Origin: a virus | Taxonomy: Duplodnaviria; Caudoviricetes | Virus record (IMG/VR): IMGVR_UViG_3300028410_000746 | DNA: 64,000 nucleotides | Reading direction: 5' to 3' (one strand) | Shown: positions 16,489 to 27,527 of the stretch, in pieces | Position numbering within the stretch: position 1 is the first letter of the stretch | Layout of the letters: the number at the start of each line of letters is the position of its first letter | Notes under the pieces: generated by a model | Databases searched by the model: none | What the model saw: the letters and a program-made list of their open reading frames with translations, nothing else | What the model was told of the DNA's origin: nothing | Made by a program: the position numbers and the translations under genes

Positions 16489-17051
16489 GGTACATCGTCC
16501 TGCTTGACATCAGGCTTGGTCAGGTAGGTCGAGAAGGCCGAGTAATCCACGACGTCACGACGAGACGGAGAGCGCTTGGCGAAATCGTCAGCCCGCTCCA
16601 CATCGTAGATCGACTCCTCGTCTGCGCGAGTCTTATCAATAGCAGGAGGAACATCCTGGACGTACGTTGGGAGACCCTGGAGCGTCGCGGGGTCCGTGAT
16701 CTTGGACTCCATCAAACGATCCAGGGTCTTACGCGCCGCAGGTTGGATGTCTTGGGCCGAGGAAGAGGCGGCCATGTGGTTGACCACATAGCTCACCTCG
16801 GCCACGTTTGACCGGATATCGGTGATCGAAGACTGGACACGAGTGATCATGTCACCCGCCTCCCGGTAGATGTGATCCCGATGAGTCGAGGCTTCAATGA
16901 GGCGCACCCCACGATCCACCATCTCCTCCAGGGTGTCGAGCTGCACACGCGCACTGGACAAGTTCACCTGCATCTGATCACGCAGGGTCTTGCTCAGGTA
17001 CTTTTGAGCGACCTTGGCCGCCAGTCGTCTGTGTCGCGTGTGCATGCTCAT
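16485..17051 (-). CDS. hypothetical putative virion protein (KVAQKY motif)
   Basis: 188 aa coupled ORF. Confidence 0.65.
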   Translation of the reverse strand: MSMHTRHRRLAAKVAQKYLSKTLRDQMQVNLSSARVQLDTLEEMVDRGVRLIEASTHRDHIYREAGDMITRVQSSITDIRSNVAEVSYVVNHMAASSSAQDIQPAARKTLDRLMESKITDPATLQGLPTYVQDVPPAIDKTRADEESIYDVERADDFAKRSPSRRDVVDYSAFSTYLTKPDVKQDDVP

Positions 17052-17052
17052 C

Positions 17053-18033
17053 TCATCCGAGGTTGTACTGGGGGAAGGTCTTGGAGATCTGAGCCTTCAT
17101 CTTCGCCGTCTCAACCGCGTAGGCTGCGAAGATGAAGACCGGGCTGGCCTCGTCCTTGAGAAGCTTGAGCTTGCTGCGCCAGTTCATGTCAAAGTCCCAC
17201 TCGAACGTGGGGAGCATCTGACGGGCGAGAGCCAAACGAGCTTCCTTGTCCTCAATGACATCCTCGGCGGAGACCTTGACCGCCACGGGGCGACCAATCG
17301 TACCGACCACCTCATGACCCTGGCTACCCTCGCCGTCCCACAGCTCCATCTCCGGAGCGAGGTCTGTCACATCATGCTGCACGACACCGGGACCCGGACG
17401 AAACTGAACTCCCTCGCGGGTGGGCGCGCGACGTGAGGAGATGCCCTGCTCGGCGCGCATCTCCGCAATGGCCTTCTGTGCTCGACGAGCCTCGCTCTTC
17501 TCGAACTCTGCAAGCTTCTGACGAGCCGAGGTCTCCTCCAAGGCTACCGTGGACGTGGACGTCATCGACGACACGTCTACCGCAGTAGCCTCTCCCGCTG
17601 CGCCCTTGCGAAACGCCTTCACGCCGAAGCCCGAGCCCACGACCCTGCCGTCCTGAGCCTCCACGACCGGAACCTGGGAGTGGTTGTTGGCTCGGATACC
17701 CTGGATGGTACCCATGTCCCGCTCCTCCTCGCTCACAGCCATCTGAGCCTTGACTGTATCCTGCTCAGGTGTGGCGCCTCGCATGGAGATGTCCGCGCTT
17801 GCCGTCGTCGGTGGCACGTAGTCTTCGCCGTACAGCTCGGCCGCCGTGACCAGCCACTTGGCCTTGATAGCCGACCGAAGATTGGGGAGGGTGTATTCAA
17901 CCCCATCAATCGTCGCCTTGCGGCCGTCATACTCCACAGTGGTCCCCTTCTGGAGAATGATCTGGTTGGAATTCAGGTCTCCGTGGAGACCCAGTGACAC
18001 CTTCATGACCGCGACGTACGTTTGTACCTGCAT
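17053..18033 (-). CDS. hypothetical protein
   Basis: 326 aa ORF, GAGGAG RBS. Confidence 0.7.
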   Translation of the reverse strand: MQVQTYVAVMKVSLGLHGDLNSNQIILQKGTTVEYDGRKATIDGVEYTLPNLRSAIKAKWLVTAAELYGEDYVPPTTASADISMRGATPEQDTVKAQMAVSEEERDMGTIQGIRANNHSQVPVVEAQDGRVVGSGFGVKAFRKGAAGEATAVDVSSMTSTSTVALEETSARQKLAEFEKSEARRAQKAIAEMRAEQGISSRRAPTREGVQFRPGPGVVQHDVTDLAPEMELWDGEGSQGHEVVGTIGRPVAVKVSAEDVIEDKEARLALARQMLPTFEWDFDMNWRSKLKLLKDEASPVFIFAAYAVETAKMKAQISKTFPQYNLG

Positions 18034-18101
18034 TACTCACACTCCTCTATAGTCAGCCAAGGCCGGGGGCACCACGCGCCCAGCCTACATAAGCTCAGAC
18101 T

Positions 18102-18115
18102 ACAAGAAGATTATT
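18102..18115 (-). promoter_or_regulatory. variant of the putative late-promoter motif, AATAATCTTCTTGT
   Basis: 69 nt upstream of ATG 18033; near match to 24432-24445. Confidence 0.3.
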
Positions 18116-19094
18116 CAGCAGCCAACATCGCGGCCGCTCTTGAGACCTTGGCTGCCGGGGTCTCTTCACCCAGCGCAACCAGAAGCTCCGCGACCTGCTC
18201 AAGCACCGCGACGAAGGCTTCGTGCGTCACCAGATCCTCCGCCAACCTGACGTCGAGGGCCACGGACAACTGGAAGAGCCGGGTGAGGGCGGGCATCATC
18301 TGGGGATACGGAACGTGGGCGCGCTTACGGGTATCCTGAGCCGCGAAGACCATCGCCTCGCGCACCAGCGTCCCCTCATCGTAGAAGTGCATGGAGTCCA
18401 GGTAGTTGAGCAGAACCGACATGTACCCCGTATGAAACAGCGAGAGCGCGCCAGCCGGGAACCCTCTCTTCTGAGCCACCATACGGCTCATCTGGACCAC
18501 TTCACCCACCAACCGCATGTCCGAGCCAGAACACGCACGCTTGGCCATCCCAGCGGTAAGCGTACCCATGTCCGGAGCATGAGGCGTGAAGGGCCTCACG
18601 AGACGATTGCCTCCAAGGAAGTCACCGTCCAGGTACTCAATCCAGCCAAACGTCTTGGAGGCGTCCGACAGCATCGAATCCTCCCAGGACTCCTGCGTGA
18701 ACTTCGAGTGGCTCATGCCGATCCCATTGGTGAATCCCGCGTTGACGTCAATGCGGATCACGCCGTCCACATCATGCGCCGAAGGCGCCACGGTAAAGGT
18801 CGCCCACAAGCGGGGGGCCATCGGCTCCGAGTTGGCGCGCAGTACGATGTAGCGCACCGTGACTGTGTAATGAGCCGAAGACGACTTCGAGACGTCAACC
18901 TCCTCGAAGTCGACCTTGCGACCCAGGGCTTGGTACAGGTAACGCTCATACTCCGCACGCAGTCCTCGGAGGGTAGAGCCAAGGCTATCGGCTCGTTGGG
19001 AGACCTTCTGAGCCTTGGCGCGCTCCTCAGGGCCCAAACCAAGCATGGAAGCCCGGCGCACCGTCTGGACAATCAGCTCTCTCGTAGACATCAC
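18111..19094 (-). CDS. hypothetical protein
   Basis: 327 aa coupled ORF. Confidence 0.65.
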   Translation of the reverse strand: MMSTRELIVQTVRRASMLGLGPEERAKAQKVSQRADSLGSTLRGLRAEYERYLYQALGRKVDFEEVDVSKSSSAHYTVTVRYIVLRANSEPMAPRLWATFTVAPSAHDVDGVIRIDVNAGFTNGIGMSHSKFTQESWEDSMLSDASKTFGWIEYLDGDFLGGNRLVRPFTPHAPDMGTLTAGMAKRACSGSDMRLVGEVVQMSRMVAQKRGFPAGALSLFHTGYMSVLLNYLDSMHFYDEGTLVREAMVFAAQDTRKRAHVPYPQMMPALTRLFQLSVALDVRLAEDLVTHEAFVAVLEQVAELLVALGEETPAAKVSRAAAMLAAE

Positions 19095-19921
19095 GCCGAC
19101 ACTCCCGCAACGCCCTTGAGACGCTGACCCAGCAAATAGAGGTGAGTCTCGTGCGTAGACGAGACAGCTCCCAAGAGATCCTCCATGCCCATCGACATAC
19201 GATCTCCCAGAGCATCCCGAACCGCATTGATATGCTCGATCACGACCATCTCTGCGATAAAAGATCGCTCCGGGTATCCAAGGCGAGCCTGCGACTCCAG
19301 GAAGGTGACAAAGCCTGCCACACGTTGAGCCTGATCAACCGAGTCAATCTCCAGGCCATACACGCCCATCAACTTCTCTGCGAGCGCGTCAATCTCAGGA
19401 CCTACGGCCTCATACATACGCTCAAAGAGCAGGTGATCCTGATACGACGTGTCTCCCGATGAACCCCAATGCGCGTTTTGGTGAAGCTGTTGGACCGCCC
19501 GCACCAATGCGAGGAGGTCCAACAGCAATCGGTGAGGCTCCTGTTCTGAGACGTTCGCACGTCGGATGTTCTTGGCCGTGACGTACGCAGCCACCGCCCG
19601 ATCAATGTCATTGCCCGGTGCCTGCGACAGCTCCTTGGACAGAGAAGCACTCACCCGCGAGGGGAGACCTCGGAAGGAATACGTCACACCGCTCGACGGA
19701 GCCATCGGCCCCTCGTAAGAAGTCACCTGACCTCTGGTCGTGTGCGACTCAACAGCACCTTCGGGCCCTCGAACCTCCACCACCGCATCAAACGTCGCGG
19801 TGAGGGCGTAGGAATGACGACGGTGCAGCTCTCCGAGGTACGTGTACTCAGCATTACGGACCGACACGTCCTGGATCGTATACAGCGTGCCCAATTGAGA
19901 GCGGGAGATGAAGGTGCGCAT
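19091..19921 (-). CDS. protein with a C-terminal Dps/ferritin-like domain
   Basis: HQNAHW...DHLLFERMYE...EIDALAEK ferroxidase pattern; C-terminal ETHLYLL. Confidence 0.75.
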   Translation of the reverse strand: MRTFISRSQLGTLYTIQDVSVRNAEYTYLGELHRRHSYALTATFDAVVEVRGPEGAVESHTTRGQVTSYEGPMAPSSGVTYSFRGLPSRVSASLSKELSQAPGNDIDRAVAAYVTAKNIRRANVSEQEPHRLLLDLLALVRAVQQLHQNAHWGSSGDTSYQDHLLFERMYEAVGPEIDALAEKLMGVYGLEIDSVDQAQRVAGFVTFLESQARLGYPERSFIAEMVVIEHINAVRDALGDRMSMGMEDLLGAVSSTHETHLYLLGQRLKGVAGVSA

Positions 19922-19960
19922 GTGGTTCCTCGCGTAAAATGGTTCTGTACCCTAGAGATT

Positions 19961-19974
19961 ATAAAGGCATCACC
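19961..19974 (-). promoter_or_regulatory. putative late-promoter motif GGTGATGCCTTTAT
   Basis: 40 nt upstream of ATG 19921. Confidence 0.5.
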
Positions 19975-19986
19975 AGCTCCCACGGA

Positions 19987-20015
19987 TTTACGATTGTACC
20001 GTACTGTGGTATACA
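19987..20015 (+). promoter_or_regulatory. sigma70-like promoter for the plus-strand gene
   Basis: TTTACG-N17-TATACA with TG extension; CTGTGGTATAC also matches the 13-bp repeats. Confidence 0.4.
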
Positions 20016-20045
20016 GACTCCGTACCCTCAAGAAAGGAGCTACCC

Positions 20046-20813
20046 ATGACAAGAAGCCTCGAAGCCCGACAGGTCTTTGACCGACTGACACGAAAGAGAG
20101 ACGAGCTGGAGACGTTGAGGAGAGACGTCCAGCGCAAGGCCTCAGACCTCCACATCCACAATCAAGATCTGGAGGTCCTCGACCTGTCCACATTCCCCGA
20201 CCCTCTTGAAAGCGCCCTCAAGGGTCTCCGGGATGCGTGGCGAAAGACATATCCCCGGAGGAAGACGGCGCCCTTTACGGAAGCCATCACGCTCCAGGTC
20301 AAGGACTTCACACAGACCCAGGGCGCGTTCAACGTATGGCACGAAGGCCTCCAGGCTCAAATCGAGCTACTGGAGGAGCAGAGAGCCAAAATGGCTCCCC
20401 AGTGCCCGGTCCAACACGACCCAGACAATCTGATAGAGCTGGAACCCGGTCGAGCCTCCCACATGCCACCACACAGCTACCAAGACGGCAGCGACGCCCG
20501 CATCCAGGCAGCCGGGTTCGTACGCGCGGGGGTACCTGGAGTTGGAGCCTACCACGCCGGAGGTCACCGACTGGGTGGAGGACCCACCCGAAGGGTTCGG
20601 CACCATACAGGCTACGCCCTCTACGCTGAGGTCGCTGCCGACGATGTGGAGTTGGCCCGGCTCAAGAGAAAAGAGGTCTCGGTTGTCGAGGTCACCGCCT
20701 ACCAAATGAAGCAGGGGCACGAGCCTCACAGACCCTTCGAGAGCCCACAGGAGCGCGAGGTGCTCATGCAGGCCGCGCGTGATGGCTCCTGGGACTTCTC
20801 CGACGTACCGTGA
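20046..20813 (+). CDS. hypothetical protein (only supportable plus-strand gene)
   Basis: AAAGGAG RBS; fills the gap between two minus-strand genes without overlap; N-terminal coiled coil. Confidence 0.7.
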   Translation: MTRSLEARQVFDRLTRKRDELETLRRDVQRKASDLHIHNQDLEVLDLSTFPDPLESALKGLRDAWRKTYPRRKTAPFTEAITLQVKDFTQTQGAFNVWHEGLQAQIELLEEQRAKMAPQCPVQHDPDNLIELEPGRASHMPPHSYQDGSDARIQAAGFVRAGVPGVGAYHAGGHRLGGGPTRRVRHHTGYALYAEVAADDVELARLKRKEVSVVEVTAYQMKQGHEPHRPFESPQEREVLMQAARDGSWDFSDVP

Positions 20814-20814
20814 G

Positions 20815-21123
20815 TCAGATCGACGTGAGGACGCTCTTGAGGCCTCGCATCTCACTGCTCAAGTTGGCGTACTCCTCATTGAGTGAGCGAATGCCCTGGT
20901 CACGGGCACGATCCGTCGTCGCACGTGCGATCGTGACCTGAGCACGGTAGATCGCACTGGCGATGTCCTTGAGTGCGTCAGGGATCAACTCCAGGCGCTC
21001 CATAGGGTCGCCGTAAGCGATACGCGTATCAGACGCCAGAGAGGCGATCACGGGCTTAAGATGGGGGCGCAGCTCCGGCTTGGCGTTGCCGAGACGGATA
21101 AGACGGGCTTTGAGATCAGACAT
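20815..21123 (-). CDS. leader-tagged small helical protein
   Basis: Starts MSDLKARLIRLGNAKPELRPHLKPVIASL; directly downstream of the MCP. Confidence 0.75.
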   Translation of the reverse strand: MSDLKARLIRLGNAKPELRPHLKPVIASLASDTRIAYGDPMERLELIPDALKDIASAIYRAQVTIARATTDRARDQGIRSLNEEYANLSSEMRGLKSVLTSI

Positions 21124-21160
21124 GAGTTGGGCTCCTGAAGTCGGGTTTGACGTACAAAGG

Positions 21161-21202
21161 AGAAGAGCCCCCTCCCCTCAATCGCGGGTAGGGGGCTCTT
21201 CT
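21161..21202 (-). terminator. terminator after the major capsid gene
   Basis: 13-bp perfect stem AGAAGAGCCCCCT/AGGGGGCTCTTCT. Confidence 0.7.
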
Positions 21203-21239
21203 GTGCGATCAGTTCATGACGGTTAGGTCATGCCTGTGC

Positions 21240-22118
21240 TCAGCGGCGCACGACCAGACGGACAAGTCCGCGCGGGTTGTGGCAGCCAATGCCCAGGTTC
21301 TCGAAGATCGAGAAGCCGATCTGGCGGGCAGCGGGGTTATCCGCCGAGAGAACCGTCAGCTCAGTGCGAACGGGGATGCGGCCGAACATCTCGGGCTCGG
21401 TGCAGAGGTACACGAAGCCAGCCGGGACGAGACGCGAGACGATGATCTGCGCGCCCCAGAGGGTGGACTGGAGACCCGTGTTCAGAAGGACAGCCTGCGA
21501 CTCGATGTCGAGGATCTCGCGACCGAACTTACGGATGTCCGAGTAGTCCTTGGCGTTCATGTAGATGCGCGCCACGCGAAGGTCATGCTTCTCGATCTCG
21601 GAGAACGCGTCCGCGAGGACGGCCTGCGAGATGGGAGCCACGACCTGGAGGTCGGGGTTGACCGTACCGGGAACCGAATCGAACCCGTTCTGAGCCACAG
21701 CGTCGAGGATAGCGAAGACGCGCTCGTCCTCGGCAGCCTGGATCTGGCTCTTACCGAGCTGCTGGGCACGCTCGATGAGGTCGAAGCGGCGCTCCTTGAT
21801 CTGCGTGATCGGGATGGTCGGAAGCGACGCGATCTCGAACAGGGGGATGATCACACGACGAGGCTTCTGGACAGCCTGGATGTTCTCACCCTCCTCGCCT
21901 ACGACGTACGCGGTGACATCCGGGTCCTTGTCGTAGATGGGAAGTGCGCCGTCGGGAAGCTGCTCGACGAGGAAGGTCTTTCGACCGACCGACGAGTAGT
22001 CGCGACGAAGGCGGAGGGGCTGAATCATCGAGTTGGCGAGACGCGCGCGTCCTGCCGCAGTCTTGATGAATCGGCCGATGAGCTGCGACTTGGCAGCGGG
22101 GCTGAGCTGGTTGGACAT
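21240..22118 (-). CDS. major capsid protein (HK97 fold)
   Basis: 292 aa from MSNQLS; position after protease, scaffold and decoration genes; RLANSMIQPL..LFEIASLP..AEDERVF pattern resembles (from memory, unverified) Bxz1-type myovirus MCPs. Confidence 0.85.
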   Translation of the reverse strand: MSNQLSPAAKSQLIGRFIKTAAGRARLANSMIQPLRLRRDYSSVGRKTFLVEQLPDGALPIYDKDPDVTAYVVGEEGENIQAVQKPRRVIIPLFEIASLPTIPITQIKERRFDLIERAQQLGKSQIQAAEDERVFAILDAVAQNGFDSVPGTVNPDLQVVAPISQAVLADAFSEIEKHDLRVARIYMNAKDYSDIRKFGREILDIESQAVLLNTGLQSTLWGAQIIVSRLVPAGFVYLCTEPEMFGRIPVRTELTVLSADNPAARQIGFSIFENLGIGCHNPRGLVRLVVRR

Positions 22119-22177
22119 TTTTTTATGTCTCCTGTTTGGCGTTTCAGTGGGCAATCGGGCCCTGAACCTGCGAAGGC

Positions 22178-22843
22178 TCAGATGCGCTGGTCGATCACGA
22201 GTTCAGCGTGGACAGCATCGGGCACGATCGTGATCACGCCGATTCGAGTAGCTCCCGCGAGAACCTCGTCGCCGTTGGCGACCTCGTGAATGTCCGCATC
22301 CTCACTACCCGCAGCCGAAACCGCCGAGGTGAGGTACCCGTTGACACTCGCGTAAACCCACAGGCCGTTCTCGTAGATCAGCGGATCGCCCGCCGCCCCC
22401 GAGGTGGTGCCGGCAAGGCCGGGCGCCAGAACAGCGGTCTCGTAGAGACGGAGACCCATGGTGCCCTGAGCCGACACGTAGGTGCCCTTGCCCGAAGCCA
22501 CCGCAGGGGTGTTCTCGTAGGCGCTGCCCGCTGCGTCGTTGACGAAGAGTCCAACGGGACGGATCGCACCAGCGGCCGCCGCTGCGCCCGTGGGGCCGCC
22601 AACGAAGCCGTTACCGGCTGCCGGACGCGTGAACGCTATCGAACCGCCGAGGACGCCGCGCTTGGGCGCGGGGGGAAGAGTGGTCGAAACCGTACCCGCC
22701 GCCGAAACGATGGGGGGGTTCTGCTGCTGGAACGCATCCAAGGTCAGCTCGGCCGCAAACGTGTTGCGGATACCGACGTAAAGAATGCGAAGGGCGGAAG
22801 ACGACTCGGTGAAGTCGCCGCTTGCCTGTCCGGGGAGTGCCAT
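22178..22843 (-). CDS. capsid decoration/cement protein
   Basis: Gly/Ala-rich, PVGLFVNDAAG..YEN..GKGTYVSAQG; lies between scaffold and MCP. Confidence 0.65.
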   Translation of the reverse strand: MALPGQASGDFTESSSALRILYVGIRNTFAAELTLDAFQQQNPPIVSAAGTVSTTLPPAPKRGVLGGSIAFTRPAAGNGFVGGPTGAAAAAGAIRPVGLFVNDAAGSAYENTPAVASGKGTYVSAQGTMGLRLYETAVLAPGLAGTTSGAAGDPLIYENGLWVYASVNGYLTSAVSAAGSEDADIHEVANGDEVLAGATRIGVITIVPDAVHAELVIDQRI

Positions 22844-22926
22844 GATCTTTCTCCTATCGAGAAAAGTGGGTTAGTTGCTACACTTACGCTATATATGTGA
22901 AGTCGGTTACGTACTTCCGGCCGATC

Positions 22927-24345
<1,419 letters not shown>

Positions 24346-24431
24346 TGATGCCTCCTGCGCAGGGGGTTCTTCGGTTTCGTAAATCCGGTAGCTGACCCCT
24401 TGCACAGAGGCAGCTTGCAAACACCGGTGGT

Positions 24432-24445
24432 ACAAGTAGATTACT
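24432..24445 (-). promoter_or_regulatory. variant of the putative late-promoter motif, AGTAATCTACTTGT
   Basis: 87 nt upstream of the scaffold ATG in an AT-rich intergenic region. Confidence 0.3.
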
Positions 24446-24504
24446 TAAAAATTTGTTGACTTTTCTCGAAGACCTGAGATAAACAGGCCTTTAAAGAGGG
24501 GTAG

Positions 24505-26028
24505 TCAATTAAGAAAACGAGAGTGGGACAGAGCAGCGGCAGCCTCTGGTCGAGTCGGAACCCTTCCGTGCTGCTTGGTGAAGGTCTTGAGGTACTCCAT
24601 ATTGGAGCCGTATCGGCAAATACCACCAACCTTGATGAGCGTGGCGTAGAAGTCCATCGGAAGCATCTCACGATCCGAGCCTTCACGATCAGCAAGGATC
24701 AGGGCCCCCACGATGTCCGTGTTGGCGAAGCGAGGCTTGAGGGTCTCGTAGTGCTCGGGCTTGTCCATCGTATAGAGCAGCGCGAAGATTCGGCGGCGAC
24801 GGTTGATGTCCGACAGCTCTCGTGCGTAGCGACGAGAGAAGATCGCATACGCCGTACGCGCGATCGAGGAGTGCTGGATGGAGTCGTTAGGAGCCATCTC
24901 CCCCTCAGGCATGTCCTTGGTCTCGGGAGCGTCGCGAAGGTCATCACGCAGTTCGCGCATGGCCTTGTCTTTGACCTTCTCCTTGAACTGCTCTACCGCC
25001 TCGTCGACCGGGTTCTTGGGAGCCTCTTCCTCCTCACCGCCTTCCTCATCCTCATCGAAGCCGAACGCCAGCTTGAGCTGCGAGTTGACCTCCTCCCTGG
25101 CAATACGTGCCGAGAGAGCTGCGGTCTTGCGGAACATGTCCGTCCACTCCGCCTGGATACCAGCAGGAACCGTATAAGCGTGCTGAATGCGAGCCTCAAG
25201 GTCCGTGGTCTCATACCGAGAAGGAGTATGCGTCGTAGGACCTCCGGGAAGCACCGACCTCAACACGGCGCCCTTGAACGCGGGATTGCCCACCCACGAG
25301 CCCTCGATGAAGCTCACCGAGTCTGGATCAGTGTGGTGACCACAAAGCTCCGCCACGACGTGAATCGCTCCATCGGGACCGACGAACTTGTTGCCCTTCT
25401 CATACTTGACGTGACGACACAGCTCCGCGTCATCCTTGGCGCGGTTGCCGCACTTGGTGCACGTCGAATAGGCGATGGTGCAGCCCATGGACAGCGTGTT
25501 CAGCTCACCGCTCTCAATGCGTGCGATGAGATCGCGGTGCTTGCGGTCCGTCGCCACCAGGATGTCTACGTAAACCGTATCACCCAGATCACGCGCCACT
25601 GCGTCAATGATCTTGCCCTTGGACAGCTCCGGGATCTGGATATGCTCGACGTAGTTCTCGGCTCCCACGAACGTCTGATACGTCGCCATGAGGAGCTTAC
25701 GCTCCCAGGCGTCGCCGTTGGCGTTGATGTACTTGGAGCACCCAGGAGTGATCAGATAGTCCGAGTACGGACGGTTGATGCTCTCACCATCATCGTTCTG
25801 GACGCTGGCTCCCGTCTTGACGTTAGGAGCCTCATCCACGTCTACCGATGCGATGATCGTGCAGTGCGTCAGGAGGTACTTGTCGGGGCTAAACTTGCCC
25901 AGAAGGTCCGACGCCGTACGGCTGCGATGCGCGCCCGCAGTCACAGCGTTGGCACGCGTCACGTTCCACTGGTCCACGCCAATGATTGGATGCTGTACCA
26001 CAGCGTTTGCAATACGAATCATGGCCAT
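24505..26028 (-). CDS. prohead (capsid maturation) protease with a Zn-binding insert
   Basis: ENY..H...SKGKIIDA; LSMGC...STCTKCGN...CRH; FIEGSWVGNPAF..A; head-module position. Confidence 0.75.
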   Translation of the reverse strand: MAMIRIANAVVQHPIIGVDQWNVTRANAVTAGAHRSRTASDLLGKFSPDKYLLTHCTIIASVDVDEAPNVKTGASVQNDDGESINRPYSDYLITPGCSKYINANGDAWERKLLMATYQTFVGAENYVEHIQIPELSKGKIIDAVARDLGDTVYVDILVATDRKHRDLIARIESGELNTLSMGCTIAYSTCTKCGNRAKDDAELCRHVKYEKGNKFVGPDGAIHVVAELCGHHTDPDSVSFIEGSWVGNPAFKGAVLRSVLPGGPTTHTPSRYETTDLEARIQHAYTVPAGIQAEWTDMFRKTAALSARIAREEVNSQLKLAFGFDEDEEGGEEEEAPKNPVDEAVEQFKEKVKDKAMRELRDDLRDAPETKDMPEGEMAPNDSIQHSSIARTAYAIFSRRYARELSDINRRRRIFALLYTMDKPEHYETLKPRFANTDIVGALILADREGSDREMLPMDFYATLIKVGGICRYGSNMEYLKTFTKQHGRVPTRPEAAAALSHSRFLN

Positions 26029-26031
26029 GGG

Positions 26032-26325
26032 TCACTCCGGGGGGGCTACGTGCGTTAGCAGGGGAAGAAGATGGGGACGAAGTTCAGGACGCTCAAACGC
26101 CAACTCTACGAGATCCTCGAAGAGCGTAGACGGAGCCTCCGTACGGCTCGGCGCCTGACTCAACAGATTCAACAGCCTCAACCCCGCACCATGCTGAGCA
26201 GAAGAAGGAGAGCCCATGGACGCCTGGAGGCCACGGCCAAAGTAGGCACGCACCGCGTCCGCGAGGGCCCCATCCTGTCCACCCCGTTCCCGGAGAGCCT
26301 CCATGATCGCGTCTTGACTGGTCAT
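26032..26325 (-). CDS. small protein carrying a leader-like motif at its C-terminus
   Basis: TLFEDLVELAFERPELRPHLLPLL at the C-terminal end. Confidence 0.6.
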   Translation of the reverse strand: MTSQDAIMEALRERGGQDGALADAVRAYFGRGLQASMGSPSSAQHGAGLRLLNLLSQAPSRTEAPSTLFEDLVELAFERPELRPHLLPLLTHVAPPE

Positions 26326-26735
26326 CGTACGTGATCCGAAAGCTTCTGGTTGATGCGCCCGAACAGGTCGTCGAGAGACTCGTGCTGTCCGGTCTCCCAT
26401 TTGTGGAACTGAGCATCCTGGAAGCTCGTACCCACGTGAAGCATGGTCTCGATGTCGTAGCCGTCGCCTTTGTGAACGATGTCAAACTTGACCCGCCACT
26501 GGATTTGGGAGAGCTGCCCCTCCAGGTAACCCGGCTCACGCTTGGTGATCGAAGTCGAGTAGGTACAAGACGTGGCGAAAGCCTCCGTCAGCTCCGCCAG
26601 AAAGTGATTGCGCACGAAGTCGAAGATGGACACGTCCAACGTCGACAACCCCGCTCGTTTGAGCACAGGACCCAACGCGTCCCGGAGACCGGGGCGCGCC
26701 AAGGCGAGTCCAATGAGTTGTTCATGCAGCGCCAT
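26322..26735 (-). CDS. leader-variant-tagged hypothetical protein
   Basis: Starts MALHEQLIGLALARPGLRDALGPVL. Confidence 0.65.
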   Translation of the reverse strand: MALHEQLIGLALARPGLRDALGPVLKRAGLSTLDVSIFDFVRNHFLAELTEAFATSCTYSTSITKREPGYLEGQLSQIQWRVKFDIVHKGDGYDIETMLHVGTSFQDAQFHKWETGQHESLDDLFGRINQKLSDHVR

Positions 26736-26761
26736 ATGGTAGGCCTTTCGAGAGTCTGAAC

Positions 26762-27511
26762 TCAGATCCAGTCGTTGAGGACCGAATTCGAGTCGCTGAA
26801 GCTAAGCCCGTCGTCCTCGCAGTCCCCGGTATCCGACGCTGGGTCATTCGGGTCTACGAGATCACACGGCTGAATCAGAAACAGGCACTCGGGGCACGCA
26901 TACAACTTGGTGCGCTTTTGGTAGATGGTGCGACCCATCTGAGTCTTGCACCTGGGACATCCCAGATTGCCAGACTCACGCTCGGCCTGGGTCGTCACGT
27001 ACTGACGCCCCTTCTGCTTCCAGTAGATGGCCACGCGTCGAGACGGCTCGTAAACAAACGAAATCGCCTCACGAACAGGACCATCTCCCAGAGTGTCGGA
27101 GAACGTCGCCGCCATCTTGAGGTACGCGTCCATCTCCTGGATGCCAGCCTCGCGCATGCGCCAAGCGGTCTCCTTGAGATGAGCCGTATGATTGGAGTAC
27201 GCACTGGCCACGCGCTCAATCGGCTCAGTCCCATAACCACCCTTGCGACGGTCATAAGAATCGAGGAAGTCGCCCGCTACTGCCGGGCTCTTGTTGACGC
27301 GTACCAGGAGGTCTGGGCTCATCCGATCAGTTCCCCACGGGAACGCAACGTCAACGAAGCCGATGCCCTTGAGCACCGCTTCTACGCGACCTTCGAGGAA
27401 GTTAGCGAACTCCTTTCCCCGCACCGCGTCCACCTTGCGCACGAACTCACCCACAGTAAACTGGGCTGCGAGCGCTTGGTGGTCGATGTAGCTATTCTTG
27501 TGGTGACTCAT
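26762..27511 (-). CDS. putative virion protein with an SH3-like N-terminus and a Zn ribbon
   Basis: FTVGEFVRK..GRVEAV; RVASAY; CPRC...CPEC. Confidence 0.65.
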   Translation of the reverse strand: MSHHKNSYIDHQALAAQFTVGEFVRKVDAVRGKEFANFLEGRVEAVLKGIGFVDVAFPWGTDRMSPDLLVRVNKSPAVAGDFLDSYDRRKGGYGTEPIERVASAYSNHTAHLKETAWRMREAGIQEMDAYLKMAATFSDTLGDGPVREAISFVYEPSRRVAIYWKQKGRQYVTTQAERESGNLGCPRCKTQMGRTIYQKRTKLYACPECLFLIQPCDLVDPNDPASDTGDCEDDGLSFSDSNSVLNDWI

Positions 27512-27527
27512 TAGAGGCCCCTCCTGA

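Noticed and set aside
22118-22125. A7 run before the MCP start as a frameshift/slippage site
   Set aside because: It lies between RBS and ATG, consistent with an unstructured translation enhancer
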